NCBI GenBank assembly: GCA_951406725.2
Contig: OX597814.1
Span: 209,560,001-209,624,000 of the forward strand
From: Octopus vulgaris
Lineage: Eukaryota
DNA length: 64,000 bases
Reading direction: 5' to 3'
The notes under the pieces were generated by a model. That model was not told the origin of the DNA and did no database searches. It saw only the letters and a program-made list of their open reading frames with translations. The position numbers and the translations under genes are program-made. Below are positions 1-13,255 of the stretch, piece after piece (the first letter of the stretch is position 1; each line of letters starts with the position of its first letter).

Positions 1-88
<88 letters not shown>

Positions 89-130
89 ACATATACGTAC
101 ATATATATATATATATATATACATACATAC

Positions 131-788
131 TGGTGGAATGTATCAGTGAAATGTAAGCCAAACAGTTCTCATATAATGATTTGGGATAGAGAAGAGAAAC
201 TGTATACAGATGTGGAAATTAGCTGCCCACTGGATGTAACATAAAGCTGAGGATCAGTGAAGAAGGAACACCTATGCTGAACTGTTGAGAAATCTGCAGT
301 TAAGCTATCCAGATTACAAGTTCAGGTTTATACCGGTAATTATTAGGGCCCTGAGATATGTAACACACTGTCTAAGTACCAATATTGAGAAATTAGGTTT
401 CTCAAAACCAGAAATGAAAAAGCTAATTCCAAGACTACAGATCCAATCCATCACTGGAACTGTAAAAGTCTGTAAAATTTCCAGAAGTTTATCATTTAAA
501 TATATACATGAGCATGTATAGATATGCAAGTATATGGATGAGAATGCGTATATAAAACATAGATATCTGCACATACATACATACATACATACATACATAC
601 ATACATACATACATACATACATACATACATACATGCTTACATACATGTGTAAATACATACATACATACATACATACAAAAATACCTTGTTATTGACGTTG
701 AAATTCCAATGAAGGAGCTTTGGATCTAGGCTGGAAACCGGTTCTTTCTCTATTGGCAAGGAATAATGAAAATAGCTGAATAATGACA
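131..788 (+). mobile_element. 5'-truncated 3' end of an RLE-type (R2/R4-superfamily) non-LTR retrotransposon: endonuclease relic plus putative 3' UTR
   Basis: Decayed reading KPNSSHIMIWDREEKLYTDVEISCP...YPDYKFRFIPVIIRALRYV...LQIQSITGTVKVCK matches the PD..D-x-K restriction-like endonuclease C-terminus. Both junctions lie in (CATA)n. Including 676-788 as 3' UTR is inference. Confidence 0.7.
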
Positions 789-809
789 TACATACATACA
801 TACATACAC

Positions 810-840
<31 letters not shown>

Positions 841-953
841 CATACATACATACATACATACATACATACATACATACATACATACATACATACATACATA
901 CATACATACATACATACATACATACATACATACATACATACATACATACATAC
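789..953. repeat. (CATA)n tetranucleotide microsatellite (also 571-675)
   Basis: Direct inspection. Confidence 0.95.
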
Positions 954-1184
954 AGATGCATATATACGTACATATATAATTTTCTGAAGGAAAGATCGAT
1001 TGTGACTTTGAAGTTTCCGTTTATTCACCTAGAATCTGACACCAGAGCAACTAATCTGAAACTTCAAGGATACTGTCAAATTTTTCCTTCCAACAATATA
1101 TGTGATACACATATATAGGGGATGATCTTTTAATTAATGTTATATCATATATATATATACGTACATACGTACATACATACATAT

Positions 1185-1255
<71 letters not shown>

Positions 1256-1493
1256 AACAAACATACATACATATACATATACACACATACACTTGAAGGA
1301 TAGCAATTGTAAGTCTTACTTCTGATTCCTTGTAATAGATATTCTTAAAGCAGCTAAAGCCACCAATATTTACTGCTGAGAGAGGAGGTTTTAAACACAA
1401 TGTAATCAAACTGGTGAATATTGACTTACACTGAAATTTAATATACCTCTATATAAATGCATTTGGATAGAAATGACAGTAGAATATCTTTCC

Positions 1494-1888
1494 TTTTATT
1501 CTTTTACTTGTATCAGTCATTAGATTGCGGCCATGCTGTGGCACTGCCTTGATATCCTATAATTCGAATGAATCGACCCCAGTACTTACTTTTTTGTTGA
1601 GCCTGATACTTATTCTATCGGGTATTTTTGCCGAACTGCTACGTTACGGGGAATGTAAACACACCAACACCCGTTGTCCAGCGGTATTAGGGGACAAACA
1701 CAAAGACGCACACATATATATATACAACAGATTTTTTGAGTTACCGTCTACCAAATACTCTCAGAAGGCTTTAGTTGGCCCGAGGCTATAGGAGAAGACA
1801 CTTGTCTAAAGTTGCATGCAACGGGACTGAACGCGGAACCATGTAGTAGAGAAATAAGCTTCTTACCACACAGCCACGCCTGCGCCTA
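1494..1888 (-). mobile_element. tRNA-derived SINE family A, diverged copy
   Basis: Reverse complement aligns to the copy at 20605-21017 (head AGGCGCAGG..TGGCTGTGTGGTAAG, tail ACAAGTAAAAGA). Confidence 0.9.
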
Positions 1889-2809
1889 TATACGTATAGA
1901 ACTTGAAAACAAGCATTTATAATTACAATGTGTGGAGGACTTTTTTTCAGATTTCTGAAACTATAATTTGATAGCATGGTATTTTCAACAAGAATGGTAA
2001 AAAAAGAAGAAAAATGCCAACCACTTTCACGTGAAGGGCCAGTGTTGATGGAACTAAATTATATGAATCCCTGTGATAATATATCTAGGAAAATCAATCC
2101 TGGTAGCACACTAAAAATACATTGGAGATACCTGCAGAAGAAATGATTAAACTAGCCAATATAAACTGCAGTAAGGTGTATAATGAACGATAAATTGAAA
2201 ATCCACCGACGAAAGTTTACAAATAAACAATGTTTGCAAAATATACTGATTCTATTCTCTAAATTCTTACGGCGAATTTAATCAATTTAAAGCATTAACT
2301 CAACACCTTGCGTCATAAAATCAGTTACCATACGCGAACATTCTTTTAACTACTACATATCTTCTGACCTACAAGCTGTACACAGGAAGATAAAAATAAG
2401 CGTTTTGTCTATCGAAAAATTCAAACCCATGAAGATCTTTAAACATTTTGCTCTAGGATTTGGATTTCAACCATAAAAAAATCACGGCTAATTACAACCA
2501 CGAAAGAATATAGTGTAACGTTATCAATAGGAGAATGTGCACTATACATTCGTAAACATTCATAAAACTATATGAAAGCGTAAATATCACAAGGAACTAG
2601 GAAGAAACTTAATACTTGCATCCTAGCATATGATGGTGATGTCCTGCATAAAGCTATACAATCTTATGTTTAAAAGAAATGTGAAATGTTAACTTGTTTG
2701 CTATATAGATAAATGTTGAACTTGGACGATAACATTCACTTAGTAGAAAGCTATAAGCATATTGATTTCAAATGTTGGCACTAGACCTGCAATCTCGGAG
2801 GAGGGTAAT

Positions 2810-2933
2810 TATTTTATCGACTCCAAAAGGATGAAAAGCAAAATCTACCCCAGCTGAATTTAAACTCAGAACGCAAATCCAGAAGAAATACTGCTAAGTA
2901 TTTTGTCCGGCGTGCTAACGATTCTGACAGCTC
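2810..2933 (-). mobile_element. SINE family B fragment, diverged
   Basis: Similar to 14344-14578 (AAAAGGATGAAAAGCAAA..TTTAAACTCAGAACG..CGGCGTGCTAACG). Confidence 0.7.
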
Positions 2934-4530
2934 GAAACCGGGTCCTCCTGATTGTGAAGTGCACTTTTTAACTATTAAACAATACATGCCTATACAAGCA
3001 TATTATTAAAGGAGGTAAGGAGCTCATTAATGCAAGCAGAAAGAAATATATATACCCTTTCGAATCTCCTGCCTATGACCAGCAATGTATTGATGATATA
3101 ACAACTAGAGGAAGAGAAGCATGTATCCTCATTTACTACTATTTTTAGCTGAATGGACTAGAGTAATACTAAATTAAATGCCTTGCTTACGGACACAACC
3201 CACAAACAGATGATATTTAGCCACTACTCAATCCACTAAGTTACGCACATTCACAGTTAACTCAACCAGTACATCAGTTTGGGAGTCATAGTTAAAAAAG
3301 TGTTTAGAATAATTGACTATTGAAAAAAGTGAGGAAGATTTGTATTACGCTCGTTGCGCCTGTGTTCAGAGCTAATACCTTTAACGCTCGCTTTTAATCA
3401 AAGCAAATAATATCACGAATTATAAGTTCAAAGCTGTTGGGAGCAGGGGCACTATACAGCTAAAGAATGTTTCTTTGGTTTGCAGTGCTCGCTTCTAGTT
3501 CCTCATGAGAGTAGAATTCACATCGCAAGATTGCCACAATCATTTCCATCATCTCTATGATTCAGTAAAATATGATTAAATATAAATAGATACACGAAGA
3601 GGGTTCTTAAGGTCAATCTATATTTTCGTAAACTTTGTAAACAATCTTACAAATATGGATCAATTTGAATACAAACAAATAAACAAAGCCTTGATCGAAA
3701 ATCAAATGGCCTTTTGGCCTTGAGATTAAACTCTATGTTAAACTCAGCAACATAAAACTCCTTCAAGTAAGTTGTATTTTATTATTATCATCACATCTTA
3801 TTTTAAATATACACATAAAAGATATTATATAAATAGTGGACATTTCATTGTGAGTAATATTTTAGTTGCTATGCCACACAGCTGTACAGTACACCTATTA
3901 ATCAATAAATGTGTTTTACTTTTACACTACCGTTTGGCATTTGTCCGCCGATGAATTTCCTTTTCCCTTGACCCGTGTGACATTTTGTAAACAACAGAAA
4001 TAAGTTGATATTTGACACTAACGCTGTTTTGTAGTCCGATTTTGTAATTAAAGTATACAAACATCAATAAATAAAAAGAATCTATATGATAAAAACAAAA
4101 CGACGTTGGTTAGTCAACCAGTGAACAAGTATTTAAGTAAACAGTTAAGATTAAATAAGAACTAAGAATTATATTTTATTCATAGCTCAAAAATATGAAA
4201 ACCTGAAATAAACAATAATTACTATTACACTAGGTTTCGCTGGTCTAAATTGCTTGGTGGTTAAGAACTTGTTTCATTTTTGGTCTCTTTATAACGTTGT
4301 TATAAAGAGGTGTCTCTTTGTGCTCTTATCTTCAGTTACTAATGCAGACTTTGGTGAGTAAATAGTAGAACTTCTAGTCAATTGAGTATAAGGGTGGATA
4401 ACCAGAGGTGTAAAACAATCTATCGTACATATGTACAAAAGATATAGACACGCACACACATACACACAAACACACCAGGCAGACAGACACACACACTCAA
4501 ACACACACACACGCACACTCTCACTCACAC

Positions 4531-4584
<54 letters not shown>

Positions 4585-5069
4585 ATATAAAGGTTTCCAC
4601 CTCAGGTCTTTTAGCATTTTGCTGATACTCTTTGCTCTACTTTTTTACCTTCTATGTCTAGAGAAAAAAACCAATGTCCATGACACTTGCAGCTTCTCCG
4701 AGACCAGTGAAATTGAATTAAACAATGTTTCGTGTAAATAGTTGCAGTCTGATATATTTAAAAGAGACCCATGCTAGGAAGTTATTTCAAAAGGATTTCC
4801 TTATTATCTGGGTGAAGGTGGAGAATGACTGTAGTGATCAGAGCAGGGTCTGGGGAAATGGGCGCAACAAGACTACTGTCATAGTAGTTCTATTAATGCA
4901 GAGGGGTGAGACAGCTCGACTGTGGCCTAGAAAAGTGGCTGTGTGTAGTTTTACGCCAATCGAATTGCATCTTTCTGGATTCAGTCAACGATGTCTGTCT
5001 GAAGAGTAACCCCATCGTCCCCGATTTGGACGCAATTCTCCATTGTGGTCCTGACTTGAATGTTAGAAA

Positions 5070-5495
5070 TTTCACGAAGCAGCAGATATCACAATGGAAA
5101 GGCCCTTCATCTCTACGACCGAAGAAAGCACAGCAGGACTGCAGCTCAATCTAGAGCTTGTTCAATTTTTTTCGACATCCTCAGTATTGTGCATCGAGAA
5201 TTCATTCTTTGGAGCCAAACCGTCAATCGAGAGTTCCTCTGCGACGTTTTGGAGCGTTGGAGGGACGATTCGGCGAAAGCAACCGGATCAGTTGAGTGTT
5301 GAGAATTAGATACTTCACGACAACAATGCACAATGGTATCATGGCTTTCAGAAAGTAATTATTTATATCTATTTCCATTGTATTGCAGATATTAAAAGCT
5401 TGAAGCATTTTCGTATACACGTTGATTTAGCACGTGCGGACTTCCGTCTCTTCCTCAAGATGAAAAGGCAGTTTAAAGGTCACCGTTTTAACACT
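5070..5495 (+). mobile_element. Decayed mariner-type (DD34D) transposase fragment
   Basis: Frameshifted motifs TKQQISQWKGPSSLRPKKAQQ, FFDILSIVHREF..QTVNREF, ILHDNNA, DLARADFRLFLKMKRQFKGHRF; truncated by a SINE at about 5497. Confidence 0.85.
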
Positions 5496-5497
5496 GT

Positions 5498-5885
5498 TGT
5501 GGTAAGTAGCTTGCTTACCAACCACATGGTTCCGGGTTCAGCCCCACTACGTGGCACCTTGGGAAAGTGTTTACTACTATAGCCTAGGACCAACCAAGAC
5601 CTTGTGAGTGGATGTCGTAGACGGAAACTGAAAGAAGCCCGTCTTATATATATATATGTATGTATGTATATGTGTGTGTGTGTCTGTGTTTTTCCCCCAC
5701 CGTCGCTTGACGACCGATGTTGGTGTGTTTACGTCCCCGCAACTTAGCGGTTCGGCAATAGCGAGCAATAGAATAAGTACTAGGCTTACAAAGAATAGTT
5801 TCTGGCGTCGATTTCTTCGACTAAAGGTGGTGCTCCATCATGGCCACAGTCAAATTATTGAAACATGTAAAAGAATAAAAGAAAG
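5498..5885 (+). mobile_element. SINE family A, 5'-clipped
   Basis: Aligns to 20605-21017, including the central (TA)/(TG) tract. Confidence 0.92.
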
Positions 5886-6154
5886 AAAAAAAATTCCTTA
5901 AAAAATGTATTTTAAGATCTCTGAAATGAATATGTAAATGCACATATAACTGAATATAATAAAGTGCAAACGATAAGCTGCCTCTTTTCGTATTACATAG
6001 CAATGGGGTGAGTTTCTTTTAACACTGGGACAAGTGTGTATGAGTTTTAACTGAAATACTTCTGGATTTGTTGGTAGGATTAATAATTTATGCCATCAAG
6101 AAACTGTTTTCTTGAATATCTGTGTCCTAAACTTGTGTAGTAAAACATCCTCCT

Positions 6155-6530
6155 AAAGAATATATACTTAGACATGAATTTTCCGGTAAAACAGTGCATT
6201 GGAACGTTAAGCCAAGTCCATACAATTGTAGTGATGTAAAAGAGATATAAAAACAAGCGAGATGCTGCCAGGGTGAATGATTTCTACTGGAGTTTATGGG
6301 ATTTTTCCAAAGAAACTGATTATATCACTAAAGCAACGAAATGAGATATGATCGTGGTACTCACGAAGAACAGTGTAAGATCATAGACTTTGAGATCATC
6401 ATATGAGATGAAAGTGGATATCAATGAAACTAAGAAAATTGAGAATTATCTCGACTTAGCCTGAGAGATGGAAAGAGTGAAACATTAGTGAGAAAACTGT
6501 TCCTGTGATAATCAGTGCAGTCGGGTTAAC
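6155..6530 (+). mobile_element. Decayed RLE endonuclease region of an R4/Dong-type LINE
   Basis: Relic motifs RH..GK.VHW, LWDF, CKIIDF, ETKKIENYLDLA, VPVIISAVG parallel the RLE region at 37720-38050. Confidence 0.65.
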
Positions 6531-6624
6531 AGCCAAGAAAAAACAACAGTGGAAAACCGGTGTGTGCGTGTGTGTGTGTGTGTGTGTATGTGTGTGCGTG
6601 TGCGTGTTCGTGTATGTCTGCCTG

Positions 6625-6741
<117 letters not shown>

Positions 6742-6849
6742 ATGTGTATCTAACTACGTATGTATGTATGTATGTATGCATGTATGTATGTATCTATCTG
6801 TGTATCTAACTATGTATGTATCTATCTATCTCTCTAGCTAGCTAGGTAC

Positions 6850-6881
<32 letters not shown>

Positions 6882-7449
6882 GTATGTATATATATAAATA
6901 TATATATATATGTATGTATATATATAAATATATATATATATATGTATATATATATCAAATCAATATTGAAGGAAAAGAAAATGAACAAAAACTGGATGTA
7001 GGAATAATATACTTGTATGTTATAGAATGCTGAAAATTTCTTTAAAAAAAAACATAATCTTCAAGAAGTCTTACCCCATATAGTTAGAATATGATACCTT
7101 TCTTAGCATTTTAACCAAATGCTTAGAATGTCTTATTAACTGGGGTATAGTACTAAAACATACATGTAGGTTATTTTATTCTATTTTTTTTTCGAGCTTT
7201 ACAACTTGTAATCAATTTATTTGTACTGTTATATATTTTTTAAAGTACTTTTGAACATTTTATAACATATAAATAAATTATTCATACATCCCCTTTTTCC
7301 TCCATTTTCTTTTCCATCAATATCGAAAATATATAATTTCAATAATCCCTGACATATACCAGTGAATTTCGCATTGTATGCTAGACAATAACCAGTGGAA
7401 TATCTTGGATTATATAACCTCTAATAAAGATATAACTTCCTCGAATGAC

Positions 7450-7480
<31 letters not shown>

Positions 7481-7483
<3 letters not shown>

Positions 7484-7898
7484 CTCTTTACTCTTTTACT
7501 TGTTTCAGTCATTTGACTGCGGCCATGCTGGAGCACCACCTGTAGTCGAGCAAATCGACCCCGGGACTTATTCTTTGTAAGCCCAGTATTTATTCTATCG
7601 GTCTCTTTTGCCGAACCGCTAAGTGACAGGGACGTAAACACACCAGCATCGGTTGTCAAGCAATGCTAGGGGGACAAACACAGACACAGACACACAAACA
7701 TATGCACACACACTTATATATATATACATATATATACGACAGGCTTCTTTCAGTTTCCGTCTACCAAATCCTCTCACAAGGCATCGGTCGGCCCGGGGCT
7801 ATAGCAGAAGACACTTGCCCAAGATGCCACGCAGTGGGACTGAACCCGGAACCATGTGGTTGGTTAGCAAGCTACTTACCTCACAGCCACTCCTGCGC
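7481..7898 (-). mobile_element. SINE family A, full length, inserted in (TA)n
   Basis: Near-identical reverse complement of 20605-21017. Confidence 0.95.
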
Positions 7899-8442
7899 AT
7901 ATATATATATATATATATATACGAACCACATATAACCTATATATATTTCCCATAAATATATATATCTACGAACCACATACAACCCATATATATTTCAATG
8001 ACACCAGTTTTCCCTAATTAGAGTTAGCTACCTTACATTGCACCGCCGGTGAACCTGCAGAAGTCACAGGCACATGGAAGACATGCCACTGAATAACCAT
8101 GATATCACAGGTCCAACTCTTTTATATTCCATCTCACAACGGACATAAACTGTGAACCCAACTATAATGTAAGACACTCGAATGTTTGATCTTCTCTTTT
8201 CCGATGTAACCATTGATCTTTCGCTCTTCTTATCTCTACCTTTGACTTCTTCCTTCTGAAGTTGTCTACCACTGGCAACGAGGGAAAAATATAAATATAT
8301 ATTTTCCTCACCATGGTAAACAGAAACGATCGTAAACAACTTCACTCTCACTCTCACATTTATTTACTAATTAAATAATGGCTTACTAGCGCAAAAGACA
8401 CACTTGTGTTTGTTATTTTCCTCCGTATTTTTATATATATAT

Positions 8443-8880
8443 TAAGTAATTAAGGGTTTAGCAACGATTTGCCTCACCACACACCGAATTTAGAAATAGC
8501 AGTCAAAGAGTTATGGCTATTCTTTCTACTTAAAAGGGAGATCTCAGTAAAACCACAGCACTTAAAAGGCAAACGCAGGCAAAAGAGAAAGAAATGACGA
8601 CAATCATTCTATATTAAGTCACCTACGGACGTACGTTTCGAAATTAAGTCTTGGGAAAGCATAAAAATTAAGATCTCCCTTTTAAGTAGAAAGAATAGCC
8701 ATAACTCTTTAACTGCTATTTCTAAATTCGGTGTGTGGTGAGGCAAATCGTTGCTAAACCCTTAATTACTTAGTATTACTTAAACCTTCCTCGAATGGGG
8801 CTTTTACATGCCGAAATCTACTTGGTGAAATTAATGATTATTCCAAATTAATTAATTTCACCCTATATTATTATATATAT
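8443..8880. mobile_element. Fold-back element (about 100-bp inverted arms 8443-8544 / 8671-8772) with HHR stem III and cleavage motif; PLE-terminus-like
   Basis: Arms are near-perfect reverse complements; minus-strand GAAAC-GTAC-GTC at 8628-8639; flanked by TA repeats. Confidence 0.7.
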
Positions 8881-9398
8881 CTCTCTTTTACTCTCTTTTA
8901 CTCTCTTTTACTCTCTTTTAATTAATTAATTTCACCCTATATTATTATATATATATATATATACAAACATACACACATTCACACATTTATTTAATTAGTG
9001 TGTGTGTATTAAATTTCGTCATAAATGTTATCTATGTGTACAGGAGAATGTGTAAAAAGGTACGTACGTACGTACGCATGTATGTATGTATGTGTGGGCG
9101 TGTATGTGTGTGTGTGCATTTCGTATTTGAATCTTCACAACCAAGGCTGGTTTACTTTATATTCCAAATAACTTAGAATTTCGACAAATCAACTGAATAA
9201 GCAGCAGATTTTATTTAAATACAGGGAGTTGATTTAATCGAGTTAATGCTCTAGAATGGCGGCGATTCAGTGACAAAAACAGGCAAATAAAAGAGCAAAA
9301 GGGTGTATTTATCTTAATGTCATGAAGTAACTAGTTTCTATTTTCCTTTCCTTTTAGCACTAATGATATGACACTATATTAAACTAATATTTTTATCT

Positions 9399-9553
9399 AA
9401 GGCAACGACGTGGCGGAATTGTTACCACGCCGGACAAAATGCTTAGCAGTATTTCGTCTGTCTTTACGTTTTCAGTTCAAATGCAGCTAACGTCGAGCTT
9501 GCAGTTCATTCTTTCGAGGTCGATGAAATAAGGAACAGTTGAGCACTGGGGAT
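9399..9553 (+). mobile_element. SINE family B, diverged and 3'-truncated
   Basis: AAGGCAACGACGTGGCGGAATTGTTA..CCGGACAAAATGCTTAGC..GAGGTCGATGAAATAAG matches the reverse complement of 14344-14578. Confidence 0.8.
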
Positions 9554-9938
9554 GATGACACACACACCACACACATCACACACACGCACACACATATACA
9601 ATTACACACCCCACACGCACTCACATACACACACCATACACACACACACACCCACATACACACACCACACCCACACATACACACACCATACACACAAATA
9701 CACACCGCACACACACATCCACATGCACATACACAGCACACGCATACACAAACGCCACACACCACACACACACGACAAACACCTCACACACGCACATACA
9801 CATACACACACCATACACACGTGCAAACTTTCTTTGAAAATTATATGAATTGCCCTATATAACAGTTGTCTTAGATACGAGTTGACTGATATGAGTTGTT
9901 CAAGAATGTTCTGGCATCAGTTGCCTAGAACCATATAT

Positions 9939-10367
9939 ACGCTAGAAAGGACAGTTAAATTCCAAACCACTATTAGGGATAATACTTTGAAGGAAATGAA
10001 ATATAAACACATTTACCATCTAACTCCTGGACCAATAGTTTTAGATTTTTTTTAGCAAATAAAAATAATTTGCTAGGCGAAGTCTTCTTCAGCAGGTACA
10101 CCATAGATTGAATATATATACACGAGGCAATCCAGTATATGCCCCGTGCTTATACATTCTAATTTTTCAAAACTGGATTGCCTCGTGAATATATATGTAA
10201 TCTAAGGTGTACCTACTGAAGAAGATTTTGCCTAACAAATTATTTTATTTGCTAATATAATTCTGAAACTATTGGTCCAGGAGTTAGATGGTTTTATTTT
10301 TCATTTCATTCCCTTCGAAATTTTATCACTAATAAGTGGTTTGGAATTTAACTGTCCTCACTAGCGT
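9939..10367. mobile_element. About 430-bp fold-back (arms 9939-10136 / 10172-10367) with a complete type I HHR in each arm
   Basis: Long imperfect inverted repeat; each arm contains CCTR-CTGAAGA-stem II-RAAAC-TATTG-GTC-CAGG. Confidence 0.8.
10212..10281 (+). ncRNA. Type I hammerhead ribozyme motif (mirror copy at 10026-10096, minus strand)
   Basis: ccta-CTGAAGA-[agattt..taacaaat..atttgcta..aattct]-GAAAC-tattg-GTC-cagg. The mirror copy has a perfect stem I (cctg/cagg) but GAAAC>AAAAC. Confidence 0.7.
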
Positions 10368-10549
10368 GCAAAGGAATCCTATGATGGATACCTCTTGTGT
10401 GTTTAAATGTACACTGTATGAATAATATATAGTCTACTGACTAAATGTCTACACGTTAGGCCACTGGTAATAGAAATTTCAAATATTTCTGATTACCCTT
10501 TGATATTATTAATTATACAGACACACAAACACACACGCACACACACACA

Positions 10550-10642
<93 letters not shown>

Positions 10643-10647
<5 letters not shown>

Positions 10648-11829
10648 GTCATTAAGAATTAAACATCCGACTTTCTTATGCACAAAGTTTGACAGTCGTT
10701 AATTTTGATGTTTCATCCTGACAATTCTTTGTTTTCCAACATTGAAGAAATACAATAGCACTTTTCGAAATGCAATTCATGGTATCTGATTATATTGTGA
10801 ATATTCTCTTGTAAATCATTTTTTTGCGAACCCATGGATAGATCAAAACTTCGTGTTGTTTATGACTGAACTCTGTCGTGGAACCAATGCATCCCAAACG
10901 GCTTGAAACATCAGTGAGGTGTTTGGTGAAGATGTGGTTTGAGAAGTTCCGGTCTGTTGACTTTTCTCTTGAAAATTAGCCCCGTGGTAGACTTGAGACC
11001 AAGGTGAGTAACGGTGAGTTTGAAACTGTAGTGGAAGCGGATACATCTCAAAGTGCGCGTGAGTTAACAGCAAGGTTTGATGTTTCGATGCCAATTGTAT
11101 TGGACTATCTGAAACAAATCTGCTAGGTAAAGAAGCTGGATAAGTGGGTACCACACAAACTGAACGAAATTCAAATGACCCGTCGTCTTCAAACTTGCTG
11201 TTCTTTGCTGTTCTTTGCTGTCACGGTATAAAGGCGAACCGTTTCTGTATCGTACTGTTACGTGTGGTGAAAAATGGATTCTTTTCAACAATAGCAAGCG
11301 TTCTGCACAGTGGTTGGATAGAGACGAAGTACAAGAACATAATCCAAAAAAGAATTTTCACCAAAAAATGTTAATGGTGTCTGTTTGGTGGTTTAGCGCT
11401 GGTGTCATCCACTACAGCTTCATGAGACCTTGTAATTCAATTACAGTGTTTGTATACATCAACCAGTTAGATGAAATGATGAGTGAGCTTGCAATTAAAC
11501 AACCGAGATTGAGCGAGACAGGCCAATTCTAGTGCAAGACAATGTCCGACCACATGTTGCATAAAGAACGTTACTCAAGTTACAGGAACTGAACTTGGAA
11601 GTACTCTGTCATCCACTTTATTCACCAGACCTTGCACCAACTGAATATCATGTTTCCAGGCATTGAACAAAATTTTGCAAGGAAAAACTTCAAATGAGAA
11701 GAAGATGTAAAAACAGCCTTTCGTGATTCCATCACCTCTTGTTCTTCAGATTTCTTCGCTGCCGGCAGAAATGGGCTACCGATAAGATGATAAGATTGTA
11801 TTGATAATTTAGGTGCATACTTTGATTAA
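10643..11829 (+). mobile_element. Decayed near-full-length mariner transposon (Hsmar1/SETMAR-like)
   Basis: Motifs WVPHKL, RTVTCGEKWILFNNSKRSAQWLD, QKMLMVSVWW..GVIHYSF, VQDNVRPHV, HPLYSPDLAPTEYH, with stops and frameshifts; 5' end abuts (TA)n. Confidence 0.92.
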
Positions 11830-11843
11830 CTACATTGATGTGT

Positions 11844-11885
<42 letters not shown>

Positions 11886-12079
11886 GTGTGTGCGTGTGTG
11901 TGTGCGTGTGTGCGTGTGCGTGTGTGCTTGTATACACACACACAGGTATGTTGGAGCAAACAGGGTAAATAGAACTCAAAATATGTGTATATGTTTGATA
12001 AGTGCCAACGCTCGAAACTCCCGGAACTTGATTCCCTGCTGCTTCTGATACGTGTGTACCTATATATATGTGTGTGTGA

Positions 12080-12139
<60 letters not shown>

Positions 12140-12168
12140 GCATATCTATATATCTGTACGTGTGTAAC

Positions 12169-12205
<37 letters not shown>

Positions 12206-13202
12206 ATATATATGTATGCATATATATATGTGCATATCTATATGTATGTATGCATGCATGTATGGATGGATGGATGTGCAATCAATTTAGGAAATGCCAA
12301 ATCTATTCATATATTTAGTACTAGTTATATAATATAATAGTTATATAATATATAATAGTTTCTAAAGCATGAAGAGGAAGCGAAACGACTTGGATCCTCC
12401 ATAGGGCAACAGCATGCCGCACATAACCTTTCCTGAAGCCAAAATAACCAAAGAAAGGTTATAGTGAAATCAACGTTTATAGTTGGAGTATTATACCGCT
12501 TTGTTATATCTGTTCAGTCTAAGTGGATTCACTCAGAAAAAAAAACAAACAAAAACATAAGTGACTTCACTGCAAGCAAAATTTAAAGCCAGTGACAGAA
12601 TACAAATAATCGAATTATCGATTATTATCACGTTCCCTACCGAAACGTTATTCAAGCTCTAACGTATACCCGATAAAATACTACTTTGGTTAGAATAGCT
12701 AGGAAAATAGCTATACAAAGATCCATTTTATTTTGTAATACTCGATCAATTTAATCTATTTTATATTCTGCATGTCTCCATGTGTTTGTTTTGAATCAAA
12801 ATAATTTTTGTTAAAGAATAAAGAATATATGTTTTCTCTTCTTCTTTTTTTTAGATAAGCATGGATATGATCATTTTTTTCGTTTTTTTTTGTTTCAGTA
12901 GACTCAGTGTAGACAGAGAGTTGCATTTTTACTTGATTCTTCTCGGCGAATATACGAAGGGTAAATATTGTATATAAAAATGGCAAATATTATTTGTGTC
13001 ATTTATGTATTTGAAATGTAGATTGGTTTTGTGAGTGACGTCAAACAACGAAATGTACAAATGGAAGCCAGGTTGCAATTGCAGCTCGATAGGAATCCAG
13101 TATTCATGTTATAAAATACACATGCACACGCGCACACATACACACACAGACACACATATATATATACACATACACACACACATATATATATGTTTCAAAA
13201 TA

Positions 13203-13249
<47 letters not shown>

Positions 13250-13255
<6 letters not shown>

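Noticed and set aside
700-1070. HHR-like words CCAATGA..GAAACCGG, CTGAAGG..GAAG and CTGACAC..GAAAC
   Set aside because: Each has core mismatches and lacks a supporting stem I or a cleavage triplet.
2040-2700. Possible very old LINE RT fragment
   Set aside because: Only vague motif echoes; too decayed to support.
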